From contig CBDETY010000003.1 of assembly GCA_965243025.1 (NCBI GenBank), forward strand, positions 3,712,001 to 3,776,000: a stretch of 64,000 nt of DNA, read 5' to 3'. Within the stretch, counting starts at the first letter, position 1, and each line of letters starts with the position of its first letter. This stretch comes from Candidatus Latescibacterota bacterium. Lineage in GTDB: Bacteria; Latescibacterota; UBA2968; UBA8231. Below the pieces are notes generated by a model. The model had not been told where the DNA came from. It saw only the letters and a program-made list of their open reading frames with translations, and made no database searches. The position numbers were made by a program, and so were the translations under genes. Below, one piece after another: positions 37,236-46,766 of the stretch.

Positions 37236-38213
37236 TTGCCTCGCCGACAATGGGAGATTCCCGAACGTCAAGCCACGGACGAAGCCGTCTATCTCAACCG
37301 CCGCAAGTTCCTCGGGCGGGCGGGGCTCGGCAGCATCGGCCTGCTCACGGGATGCATTCCGGAAAAGCTCCTGAACCCCGCCGACCTCGTCGACCCGGGA
37401 GATTTCCTCGCTCCCGCCGAGCCGGTGCCGCGCTACCCCGCGCCCCTGAACCCCTCCTTCTCCACCCTCGACCGGCCGCTCACCGACGAGAGGGTGGCCG
37501 GTATCTACATCAACTTCTGGGAGTTCACCGACACCAAGCGGGTTACGGAGTACATAGGCAAGTTCGAACCCCTTCCCTGGACGGTGGAAATAACCGGCCT
37601 GGTGGAGGAGCCGAAGACCTGGGACGTCGAGGACCTGATCGGCAGGATGGACCTCGAAGAGCGCCTCTACCGCCACCGCTGCGTCGAGGCCTGGTCCATG
37701 GCCATCCCGTGGACGGGATTTCCGATGAAGGCCCTCGTCGACCTGGTCCAGCCGCTGTCGTCGGCCCGCTACGTGAGCATGACTTCCTTCTTCAACCCCG
37801 AGGTGGCTCCGAACCAGTGGGACCAGCCCGACTACCCCTGGCCCTATACCGAGGGACTGACCATGGCCGAGGCGACCAATGAGCTGACCCTGATGGTTAC
37901 GGGCATATACGGCCACGAGCTGCCGAAGCAGCACGGTGCCCCGATACGGCTGGTGACGCCCTGGAAGTACGGCTTCAAGGGGATCAAGTCGATCACCCGG
38001 ATCGAGTTCACCGAGGAACAGCCGGCGACCTTCTGGCCCACGCGAAACCCGCGGGAGTACGAGTTCTTCTCCAACGTCGATCCCGGTGTCCCCCACCCCC
38101 GCTGGTCGCAGGCGAGGGAAGATTTCATCACCGACGACCTCGAAAACCCCGAAAAACTCGATACCCTCCTCTACAATGGATACGGGGAGTACGTCGCCCA
38201 TCTGTACGCGTGA
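37236..38213 (+). CDS. msrP: Protein-methionine-sulfoxide reductase catalytic subunit MsrP (YedY)
   Basis: RBS AAGGAGG then TTG. Tat motif 'NRRKFL'. 'NFWEF', 'RHRCVEAWSMAIPW', 'PWPYTEGL', 'GAPIRLVTPWKYGFK', 'HPRWSQA'. Confidence 0.93.
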   Translation: MPRRQWEIPERQATDEAVYLNRRKFLGRAGLGSIGLLTGCIPEKLLNPADLVDPGDFLAPAEPVPRYPAPLNPSFSTLDRPLTDERVAGIYINFWEFTDTKRVTEYIGKFEPLPWTVEITGLVEEPKTWDVEDLIGRMDLEERLYRHRCVEAWSMAIPWTGFPMKALVDLVQPLSSARYVSMTSFFNPEVAPNQWDQPDYPWPYTEGLTMAEATNELTLMVTGIYGHELPKQHGAPIRLVTPWKYGFKGIKSITRIEFTEEQPATFWPTRNPREYEFFSNVDPGVPHPRWSQAREDFITDDLENPEKLDTLLYNGYGEYVAHLYA

Positions 38214-38232
38214 TTTCATCCGGAGGTCCCTC

Positions 38233-38889
38233 ATGCGCCAGCTTCGGTCCCCGATTCTTTTCCTGCCTCTGCTCGCATTCCCCCTCTTCGCCCAGGAGGA
38301 GGAACTTCACGGGACCTGGGACAGCACCGTACTCGACGATCAGATCGGGGAGATTTTCACCAGCCTGACCTTCGAGGAGGACGGGGCTTTCGAGATCAGC
38401 CAGGTCATTCAGGTAAGGGAGGATTTCCTGGCCGGGCTCGAGATCCCGGAAACGATCGCTATCGACTCGATCACCGCCCGAGGCACGGGAACCTACGGGG
38501 TGGAGGGGGACAGCCTCAGGGTCGACATAGCCCGATGGGACCTGCAGGTCGACGGGGAAAACTTCAACGATTTCTTCACCCGGGTTGCCCGCGACCTTGC
38601 CCGCCACTTTGCCGACCTGAACGAAATATCCGAAGAGAGATACCCGGAGTACGAACAGGCTTTCGTCGACGAGTTCCTCGCCGCCATCGGCGAAATCGAC
38701 TTCCTCGCCGGTTTCGGGGAGGGCGGGAGCAGCGCTTATTCCATCGAGGGGAACGCCCTGGTGCTTACTACCGCCGGCCAGGCCCCTTGGGACTTCCAAC
38801 GCATGGAGGCCGCCGTCGATATCCCCACGGCGGTCGCCCGGACTACCTGGGGCGGTCTGAAATCCGGCAGGCAGCGGCAATCCCCCTGA
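38233..38889 (+). CDS. Secreted hypothetical protein (lipocalin-like beta barrel) with C-terminal 'TAVARTTWGGLK' tail
   Basis: RBS GGAGG, ATG 38233, signal peptide, 'LHGTW', 'LTFEEDG', 'GTYGVEGDSL'. Confidence 0.7.
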   Translation: MRQLRSPILFLPLLAFPLFAQEEELHGTWDSTVLDDQIGEIFTSLTFEEDGAFEISQVIQVREDFLAGLEIPETIAIDSITARGTGTYGVEGDSLRVDIARWDLQVDGENFNDFFTRVARDLARHFADLNEISEERYPEYEQAFVDEFLAAIGEIDFLAGFGEGGSSAYSIEGNALVLTTAGQAPWDFQRMEAAVDIPTAVARTTWGGLKSGRQRQSP

Positions 38890-40309
38890 GCATGCCGTCG
38901 AAGACGAGCTGGTGCAGGGGATAGACGGCGTACCAGTAGGCCAGGCCGAACAACCCGGCCGGGTCGAAAACCGCGGTCTGCCGGATCGCCGACGATTCCC
39001 CGTCCCCTTCCACTTCGAACTCCAGCCACCCGCGTCCCGGCAGTTTCATCTCCGCCACCAGCCGCAGGCGGCGGTTCGGCTCGATTGCCTCCACCCTCCA
39101 GCAATCGAGGACGTCCCCGACGGAGAGCCTGTCCGGATGCCGCCGGCCCCGGCGCATCCCGGCGCCGCCGGCGAGCAGGTCGAGGAAACCGCGCAGCTTC
39201 CACAGCCAGGCGCCGTAGTACCAACCCGTATCGCCGCCGATGCGGCGGATGGGTTGAAAGGCGGCGCAGGGGTGGCAGTTCACCCGCACGGTGCGAAGAT
39301 CGACGAGCCGGTTGCCGAAGCGCACACCGCCCCAATCGCGCGCTCGCCCGCCTGAGGAAAGGGCATCGGACCAGCGGGTTTCGGCGCATTCGCGGTCCTC
39401 GTTGCGGAGCGCGGTGGCGATGGCCTCGCGGAATCCCCGGGGCCTGACCTGGGGAAAGGCCCGCAGAGCCGAAGGGTCTCGGACGACCGTCGGATTGCGG
39501 ATGCTGTCGATGAGCTTCCTTCCGACTCTTGCGTAAACGGGGGTCACCAGCCCGAGCCAGAGGCTCGACAGCCGCGGCGTCAGAAGGGGCGCGCGGATCA
39601 TCGCTCTCCCGAGCCCGCGCCGGCGGGCGTACTCCCGCATCAGATCGCGGTAGGACACCCGGTCCGGACCTCCGATCTCGAAGATCTCGTGTGCGTTGGT
39701 ATCGAGTTCGAGGGCGGCGAGGAGATACTGCAGTAGATCGCCCACCGCTATCGGCTGTGCGGTGACGTCGACCCATTTGGGCGTGACCATGACCGGGAGG
39801 CGCTCGACGAGGGAGCGGATCATCTCGAACGAAAGGCTGCCCGAACCGATGACGATGGAGGCGCGGAACTCGACCACCTGCACCCCTGATGCGCGCAGGA
39901 CTTCGGCGACTTCCTGCCGGCTTCTCAGGTGGGGGGACAGCTCCCCGTCAGCTGCCCCGAGGCCGCCGAGGTAGACGATGCGGGCCACGCCTGCCCGGCG
40001 CGCCTCGGCGCTGAAGTTTTCGGCGGCGCGGCGGTCCTGTTCCTCGAAGTCCCCCCTGGCGCCCATCGAGTGCACCAGGTAGTAGGCGAACTCGACGCCG
40101 TCCATCCTGCCGCGGAGGCTGCCGCGGTCGAGGACGTCGGCTTCTACAACCTCGATATCGGGTAAATCCGGATACCCCCGCAGCGCCCCGGGACGGCGGG
40201 CCAGGCAGCGCACCCGGTGCCCGGCATTCTGCAGCAGGCGCAGCAGGCGCCCGCCGACGTACCCGGTGGCCCCTGTCAGGAGGATGGGAGACTCGGATCG
40301 AAGGTTCAT
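38843..40309 (-). CDS. NAD(P)-binding SDR/epimerase with DUF2867 domain (YbjT-like)
   Basis: 'LLTGATGYVGGRL', 'YYLVHSM', 'SPHLRSR', 'AEMKLPGRGWLEF', 'GLAYWY'. Confidence 0.9.
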   Translation of the reverse strand: MNLRSESPILLTGATGYVGGRLLRLLQNAGHRVRCLARRPGALRGYPDLPDIEVVEADVLDRGSLRGRMDGVEFAYYLVHSMGARGDFEEQDRRAAENFSAEARRAGVARIVYLGGLGAADGELSPHLRSRQEVAEVLRASGVQVVEFRASIVIGSGSLSFEMIRSLVERLPVMVTPKWVDVTAQPIAVGDLLQYLLAALELDTNAHEIFEIGGPDRVSYRDLMREYARRRGLGRAMIRAPLLTPRLSSLWLGLVTPVYARVGRKLIDSIRNPTVVRDPSALRAFPQVRPRGFREAIATALRNEDRECAETRWSDALSSGGRARDWGGVRFGNRLVDLRTVRVNCHPCAAFQPIRRIGGDTGWYYGAWLWKLRGFLDLLAGGAGMRRGRRHPDRLSVGDVLDCWRVEAIEPNRRLRLVAEMKLPGRGWLEFEVEGDGESSAIRQTAVFDPAGLFGLAYWYAVYPLHQLVFDGMLRGIAAACRISDRPR

Positions 40310-40632
40310 GTCCACACCTGACCGACCGCGGAGTTTCCGGTCCGGTTCCCGTTCCGGAAGACGGCGACTCATGACTTTCCCGGTGCCTCCTGCCCGCGAT
40401 GCGCTTTAAAAGACGGGCTGCGCTCCCTTCCAGAAATCCCGGATCGTCAATACCTTCTCGACCCGGCCCCGGACGGTTCTCAGGTCAATGCCCCAGGGTC
40501 AATGCCCCCGCTCGCGATCCAGCTGCCGGCGCTGCCTCACGTCGAATAACAAGAAACCCCGGAACCACTGTAAACCCGCGCCGTCGATACGTCGTTCTAC
40601 TGCTGCGCCTCTCAAATTTCCAGGAGATGATG

Positions 40633-43500
40633 ATGACGAGATTCCCGCGAACCCTGCTTCTTCTCACGGCCGCGGCCCTCGCAGCCTGCGCGGCCAAAAA
40701 GGAGACCAACACCGCTCCGCAGGCCGCGCCGGCCCCGGAGGCCGCCCTCGAGACGGAGATCCCGCTCGATCCGCAGATCGTCTCCGGAAAGCTGGAGAAC
40801 GGCTTCCGCTACCTGATCCGCGCCAACCGGAAGCCGGAGAAGCGGGCGGAGTTCAGGCTGACCGTCGACGTCGGCTCGGTCCTCGAGGAGGAGGATGAGC
40901 AGGGGCTGGCCCACTTCGCCGAGCACATGGCCTTCAACGGCACCGCGAACTTCGCCAAGCAGGAGCTGATCGACTATCTCGAGACCATCGGCATGCGCTT
41001 CGGTCCGGACCTCAACGCCTACACCGGCTTCGACGAAACCGTGTACATGCTCACCGTTCCCACCGACAGCTCGGAGTTCGTCGACAAGGCGTTCCAGATC
41101 CTCGAGGACTGGGCACACCAGGTCAGCATGGACTCGGTGGAGATCGACAAGGAGCGCGGCGTGGTGATCGAGGAGTGGCGGGGGCGTCGGGGCGCCGGTC
41201 AGAGAATGCTCGACGAGCAGCTTCCGATCATCCTCAAGGACTCGCGCTACGCCGTGCGCCTGCCGATCGGGGAAAAGGCGGTTCTCGACACCTTCGAGCA
41301 CGCCACCCTGCGCGACTTTTACACGAGGTGGTACCGTCCGGAGCTGATGGGGTTCGTCGCCGTCGGCGACTTCGACCCGGAGGCGATGGAGGCCAAGGCG
41401 CGCGAGCACTTCTCCCGCCTGCGGCGGCGCGACGACGCCCCGGAGCGGGCCCTCTACCCGGTGCCCGACCACGAGGAGACCCTGTTCGCCATCGCCACCG
41501 ACCCGGAAGCGACGGGCAACTCCATCAGCATCTACTACAAGCAGGATGTGCGCGAGCAGCAGACCGTCGGCGCCTACCGGCGCTCGCTGATCGAGGGGCT
41601 CTACCACGGCATGTTCAACCGGCGCCTGCAGGAGCTGACCCAGCTGCCGGAACCGCCGTTCCTCTACGGCTACTCCGGCCAGGGGCGGCTGCTGCGCACC
41701 AAGGAGTTCTTCCAGCTGGGAGCCGGCGTCCAGGACAACGGCTTCGACGCCGGCCTCGCGGCGCTGCTGACCGAGGCGGCGAGGGTGCGGGAGTTCGGCT
41801 TCACCGGCAGCGAGCTCGAGCGCCTCAAGAAGGAGTCCCTGCGCGGCATGGAGCAGGCCTACCGCGAGCGCGACAAGAGCCGCTCTTCCGGGTTCGCCTC
41901 CGAGTACATCCGCCACCTCCTCGAAGGAGAGCCGGTTCCCGGCATCGAGAAGGAGCTCGAGCTGTACCGCGAGCTGCTGCCGGGAATCGAGCTCGCCGAG
42001 GTCAACGCCCTCGCTTCCGGATGGACCGGCGAGTCGAACCGGGTCATCGCCCTGAACGCCCCTGAGAAGGAGGGTCTGCACGTGCCCTCCGAGGAGGAGC
42101 TGCTGGCGGTGTTCGCCCGCGTCTCGGAGAAGCGGATCGAACCTTACGAGGACGACGTCTCCGAGGATCCGATCGCCCCGGAGCTGCCGCTGCTGGCGCA
42201 GATCGCCGCCACCGACTCCATCCCCGAGCTCGGGGTGACGAAGTGGACCCTGTCCAACGGCATCCGGGTCTTTCTCAAGCCGACCGACTTCAAGAACGAC
42301 CAGGTGCTGTTCAGATCCTACAGTCCCGGCGGGCACTCGCTCGTCGAGGACCCCGACTACGTGGCGGCTTCGACTGCGGCCTCCGTGGTAACCGAGGGAG
42401 GGGTGGCGCAGTTCGACCTCATCGAGCTGCGCAAGAAGCTGGCGGGAAAGGTGGTGTCGGTCTCTCCCTGGATCGGCGGCCTGCAGGAAGGGATATCCGG
42501 GTCGGCGTCGCCGCAGGACCTGCCCACGATGTTCGAGCTGGTCTACGCGTACTTCACCTCCCCGCGCCAGGACAGCACCGCCTTCACGGCGCTGCGGAAG
42601 CGGATGAAAGGGTCGATCGAGAACCGCAGCGCCCGCCCGGAGACCGCCTTTTACGACACCCTCGGGGTAACCATGGCGCAGTACCATCACCGCGCGCGGC
42701 CGACGTCGCTGGCGATTCTGGAGGAGATGGACCTCGACAAGTCGATGCAGGTCTACCGCGACCGCTTCGCCGACGCCGGCGACTTCACCTTCTGCTTCGT
42801 CGGCAACTTCACCCCGGAGGAGCTCGAGCCGCTGGTGCTGACCTATCTCGGCGGCCTGCCCGCAACCGGGCGCGATGAGACCTGGCGCGACGTCGGCATC
42901 CGCCCCCCTTCCGGGGTGGTCGAGAAAACCGTGCGCAGGGGGATAGAGCCCAAGAGCCGCTCGGAAATCGTCTTCACCGGCCCGTTCGAGTTCGACGGCT
43001 GGCGCAACAACTTCGTCCTGGGAGCGATGACGGACGTGCTCGAGATCAAGCTGCGCGAGGTGATGCGCGAGGACCTCGGGGGCACCTACCACGTCTCGGT
43101 AGGGGGCAGCGGCTCCCACTATCCCGAAGAACGGTACCGGGTCAACCTGAGATTCGGCTGCGATCCGGAGCGGGTCGAGGAGCTGACCGGGGTCGTCTTC
43201 GAGCAGATCGACAGCCTGAAGACGGCGGGCACGACCGAGGAGTACCTCACCAAGGTCAAGGAAACGGCGAAGAGGGACCGGGAGGTGCAGCTGAAGGAGA
43301 ACGGCTTCTGGGTCCGCGGGATTCTGTACGTCGACTTCCACGGCATCGATCCGTTGCGGTCCCTCCAGTTCGACGAGATGGTCGACAGCCTGACCCTCGA
43401 GGACGTGCGCGAGGCGGCGCGGAAGTACTTCGACATGGAGAACTACGTGCGCGTCGTGCTGATGCCGGAGGAGGAGGCCGCCGAGCCGCAGGGCGGCTGA
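40633..43500 (+). CDS. M16 family zinc protease (PqqL-like) lipoprotein
   Basis: Lipobox 'ALAAC', inverted zincin HFAEH, 'LNAYTGFDETVY', 'KERGVVIEEWR', 'LSNGIRVFLKPTDFK', 'REDLGGTY'. Confidence 0.92.
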   Translation: MTRFPRTLLLLTAAALAACAAKKETNTAPQAAPAPEAALETEIPLDPQIVSGKLENGFRYLIRANRKPEKRAEFRLTVDVGSVLEEEDEQGLAHFAEHMAFNGTANFAKQELIDYLETIGMRFGPDLNAYTGFDETVYMLTVPTDSSEFVDKAFQILEDWAHQVSMDSVEIDKERGVVIEEWRGRRGAGQRMLDEQLPIILKDSRYAVRLPIGEKAVLDTFEHATLRDFYTRWYRPELMGFVAVGDFDPEAMEAKAREHFSRLRRRDDAPERALYPVPDHEETLFAIATDPEATGNSISIYYKQDVREQQTVGAYRRSLIEGLYHGMFNRRLQELTQLPEPPFLYGYSGQGRLLRTKEFFQLGAGVQDNGFDAGLAALLTEAARVREFGFTGSELERLKKESLRGMEQAYRERDKSRSSGFASEYIRHLLEGEPVPGIEKELELYRELLPGIELAEVNALASGWTGESNRVIALNAPEKEGLHVPSEEELLAVFARVSEKRIEPYEDDVSEDPIAPELPLLAQIAATDSIPELGVTKWTLSNGIRVFLKPTDFKNDQVLFRSYSPGGHSLVEDPDYVAASTAASVVTEGGVAQFDLIELRKKLAGKVVSVSPWIGGLQEGISGSASPQDLPTMFELVYAYFTSPRQDSTAFTALRKRMKGSIENRSARPETAFYDTLGVTMAQYHHRARPTSLAILEEMDLDKSMQVYRDRFADAGDFTFCFVGNFTPEELEPLVLTYLGGLPATGRDETWRDVGIRPPSGVVEKTVRRGIEPKSRSEIVFTGPFEFDGWRNNFVLGAMTDVLEIKLREVMREDLGGTYHVSVGGSGSHYPEERYRVNLRFGCDPERVEELTGVVFEQIDSLKTAGTTEEYLTKVKETAKRDREVQLKENGFWVRGILYVDFHGIDPLRSLQFDEMVDSLTLEDVREAARKYFDMENYVRVVLMPEEEAAEPQGG

Positions 43501-43564
43501 AATTGCGGGCTGAGGGGATCGGACAATCCCGCCGATCCCGACCGCTGAGAAAGGAGGTGGAAAG

Positions 43565-44991
43565 GTGCAGTTGATTACCGGTCACCTGTTCGACGACGAG
43601 GCCATGAGGCGGTTTCTCGTCGACGGCTACGTCGTCGTCAAGGCCGATCTGCCCGATGGGTTCCACGCCGGCATCCACCGCGGCGTCGAGGAGATGCTCG
43701 CCGCCCACGGCAACCTCGGAAACAACATTCTGCCGCTGATCCCGGAGATCGGGCAGGTGTTCGACCACCCGGCGGTGCAGGGGGCCATGACCAGCATCCT
43801 CGGGCCGGGGTACGTCATGCACCCGCACCGCTACTGCCACGCCAATCCCCCGGGCAGCGAGGGCCAGGGATTCCACAAGGACACCTACGAACCGGACGTC
43901 GAGGCCACCCACCCCCGCTGCCGCTGGGCGATGGCCTTCTACTACCCGCAGGACACCGGCGCGGACATGGACCCTCGGCCATCCTGCCGGGAAGCCAGTA
44001 CTACGAGACCTCCGAGGCCGCGCACGAGCAAACCGGGCTGCCGCTGTGCGGGGAGGCCGGCACGGTGGCGATCATCCACTACGATCTCTGGCACCGCGCT
44101 TCATCCAACCGCAGCAACCGGCAGCGCTACATGCTCAAGTTCCTGTTCGAGCGCACGACCGAGCCGTCGCGGCCGTCGTGGCGCAACGCCGACCCCGGCT
44201 GGACCGCCCCGGCGGGAGATCCCGGACGACACCAGCGTCTGTACGAGGAGCTGTGGCACTGGAACCGGGGTGCTGGAGGCGCACGAAAGAGTGAGCCCGA
44301 AAACGGCAGGACCCCCGAAACCCTGGCACGGGATCTCATGCACGGGGACGAGCCGGCGAGAATCGATGCCGCCTGCGAGCTCGGATCCCTCGGCGCCGCG
44401 GCCCTCCCGCAGTTGATCCCCGCCCTGCGGGCCGGATCCGGGGAGATCAGCCGCCATGCGGCCATCGGGTTGAGTTCCCTCGGCGGGGCCGCGGTGCCGC
44501 ACCTCGTCGAAGCCCTGGACCACGACAGCAGCCGGGTGCGAGCCGACGCGGCCTACGCACTTGCCGACCTCGGCACCGCAGTCTGGCAGGAACTCCTCCG
44601 TGCCGATACCAAGGCCCGCCGCAGCGCGGCAGCAGCCCTGACCGCGGTCCTCGGAGACGAGTCGGACCAGGTCCGGAGCAACGCCGCCGAAGCCCTGGGG
44701 ACGATCGCCGAGCCCCTGCAGGAGGCGGTGGCCGGTCTGGCCGGCCTTCTCGGGGACAGCGATATCACGGTCCGCGACAACGCCGCCCGCGCCCTCGCCA
44801 GGATGGGGCCGGCCGCCGAAGGTGCGGTCGCCGCCCTCGTGCGGGCGCTGCGGGACGAAAACCGCTACGTCCGCTTCCACGCCGGGCTCGCCCTGCGCAG
44901 GATCGGCAGCCCGGCCGCGGAGCGGGCCCTGTTCGAAGACCTGCTGACCGCGCGCTGGTGTCCGCTGACCACGACGGAATCCCCGTACTGA
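43565..44991 (+). pseudogene. PhyH-family dioxygenase fused to HEAT repeats, 1-nt frameshift (probable sequencing error)
   Basis: 'GFHKD..MAFYYPQD..DM' continues as 'GPSAILPGSQYY..YDLWHR' plus HEAT repeats if one G is added at 43969-43970. Confidence 0.85.
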
Positions 44992-45022
44992 TTCCCCGCA
45001 ACAGCCGCGAAGGAGAGACAGG

Positions 45023-45748
45023 ATGTCCTTTCTGCAGAACAGGAGGGTGCTCGTTTTCAGCGCCCACGCCGCGGATTTCTGCTCCCGCGCCGGGGGCACC
45101 ATCGCCCGCCTCGCCGACGAGGGGGCCGCGGTCCACGTCCACGACCTGACCTACGGGGAGCGCTGCGAGGCCCCGGCCCTGTACGCCCGCGACCCGGTCC
45201 CCTCGCTGGAGGAGATCAAGGCGATCCGCAGGGAGGAGATCGAAGCGGCCGCGTCGATCCTCGGGGCGACAATCGACTGCTTCGACTTCGGCGACAGCCC
45301 GCTGCTCCTCGGCCCGGAACGGCGGCTCGAGATCCTCGACGCCATCCGCGCCTTCGAGCCGGAGGTCCTGCTCTGCCACTGGATCGACGACATCCTGCAC
45401 CCCGACCACGTCGAGACGGCGCAGGCGGTGCTGTGGGCGCGGAGCTACTGCGAGGTCCCGGGAATCGAGACCCGGCACCCCCCCTGCAAGGTTCCGGAGT
45501 TCATCTGCTACGAGGCCCAGCTGGCTACCTCGCCGGTGACGCGGTTCCTGCCGGACTTCTACGTCGACATCGACTCGACCATGGAACGCAAGACCGCGGC
45601 GATGGCGAAGCTGGCGGCGCAGCCGTCGCTCGTCGAACAGTACACCAAGCTCGCCCGCTACCGGGGCCTCGAGGCGCAGATCGTCGCCGGAATGAAGGAG
45701 TGCACCTGCGCCGAGGGGTTCGTGCGCATCGGCAAGGAAGGGATGTAG
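45023..45748 (+). CDS. PIG-L family protein, GalB (4-oxalomesaconate hydratase)-like
   Basis: 'VFSAHAADFCSRAGGTIA', 'TYGERCE', 'FDFGDSPL', 'HPDH' resemble the GalB subfamily rather than HPDD deacetylases. Confidence 0.75.
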   Translation: MSFLQNRRVLVFSAHAADFCSRAGGTIARLADEGAAVHVHDLTYGERCEAPALYARDPVPSLEEIKAIRREEIEAAASILGATIDCFDFGDSPLLLGPERRLEILDAIRAFEPEVLLCHWIDDILHPDHVETAQAVLWARSYCEVPGIETRHPPCKVPEFICYEAQLATSPVTRFLPDFYVDIDSTMERKTAAMAKLAAQPSLVEQYTKLARYRGLEAQIVAGMKECTCAEGFVRIGKEGM

Positions 45749-45757
45749 CCAGCCGCC

Positions 45758-46741
45758 CTACTCGTCCGTCACCGCCTGTATCATCGCCTTGATGTAGCCG
45801 AACTCGTAGGCGAACGCCTGGCGGCCGGCGCCCGGCTCCCTGTGGCCGGGGGCGTGGTCGGGCACGCACATGTGCTCGTACCCCACTTCTTTGAGCGCCT
45901 GCATGTTGCGGTGCATGTTCATCACCCCCTCGTCGGGCCAGACCTCCTGGAACTTGTTGCGCCCGCCGACGATGTTGCGGAAGTGGCAGAGGAAGATCTT
46001 GCCGCGGCTGCCGAAGTAGCGGATGATGTCGGGCACCTCGTTGCAGGGATCGGTCGAGGCCTCGGCCATGCAGCCGAGACAGAGGTTGACCCCGCAGTAG
46101 TCGCTCGGGACGATCTCGATGAAGCGCCTGAACCCTTCGGGTCCTCCCAGGACCCGGTCGACGCCGCGGTACCCGGGCGGCAGCCAGGGATCGCACGGGT
46201 GGCAGGCCATGCGCACCCGGCACTCCTCGGCAACCGGGACCACGCGCTCGAGGAAATATGTGATCCGCTCCCAGTTCATCTCCGCTGTGACCGGCTCTTC
46301 GAAGCGCGGCCCGCGGTCCTTCGCCTGCTCGAGATCCCAGGTGCTGTACACGGAGTTGCCGCGCCCGGGAGGGGTGCTCTCGGTGCGCTGGTTCTCCATC
46401 GCGCACAGGTAGTACTTGACCGCGGGGATGCCGGCCGCGGCGGCCTGGCGGATCATGTTGCAGACCAGCTCGATCTCCCGGTCCCCCTCCTCGCGGTTGC
46501 CGAGCATGTAGTCGGGGATCTCGCCGCCGGAGGCGTTGAGCCGGGCGATCGGGATCGCCACCATCTCCATGTCGATGCCGAAGCGGGCGCACTTCTCCTT
46601 CTTCTGCTTCAGCTCGGCGACGTCCCAGCCGTATTCCCGGTGGAAGGTGATGAAGTTCTCGTTCTTGTTGAACACCCCGTGGCGCGCGAGGTACTCGAGG
46701 TCTTCGTCCGAGGTGTTGAACTGCTGCGTTCCGACGTGCAT
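45758..46741 (-). CDS. uxuA: Mannonate dehydratase (UxuA)-like protein
   Basis: 'NWERITYFLERVVPVAEE', 'MACHPCDP', 'NLCLGC', 'HFRNI', 'PDEG', 'PDHAP', 'FGYIKAM'. Confidence 0.8.
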   Translation of the reverse strand: MHVGTQQFNTSDEDLEYLARHGVFNKNENFITFHREYGWDVAELKQKKEKCARFGIDMEMVAIPIARLNASGGEIPDYMLGNREEGDREIELVCNMIRQAAAAGIPAVKYYLCAMENQRTESTPPGRGNSVYSTWDLEQAKDRGPRFEEPVTAEMNWERITYFLERVVPVAEECRVRMACHPCDPWLPPGYRGVDRVLGGPEGFRRFIEIVPSDYCGVNLCLGCMAEASTDPCNEVPDIIRYFGSRGKIFLCHFRNIVGGRNKFQEVWPDEGVMNMHRNMQALKEVGYEHMCVPDHAPGHREPGAGRQAFAYEFGYIKAMIQAVTDE

Positions 46742-46766
46742 CTCCTCCTCCTTTGCGGTTGTCCGG

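Noticed and set aside
38843-38889. 47-bp convergent overlap of two CDS ends
   Set aside because: Common in high-GC genomes where stop codons are scarce. No sign of function.
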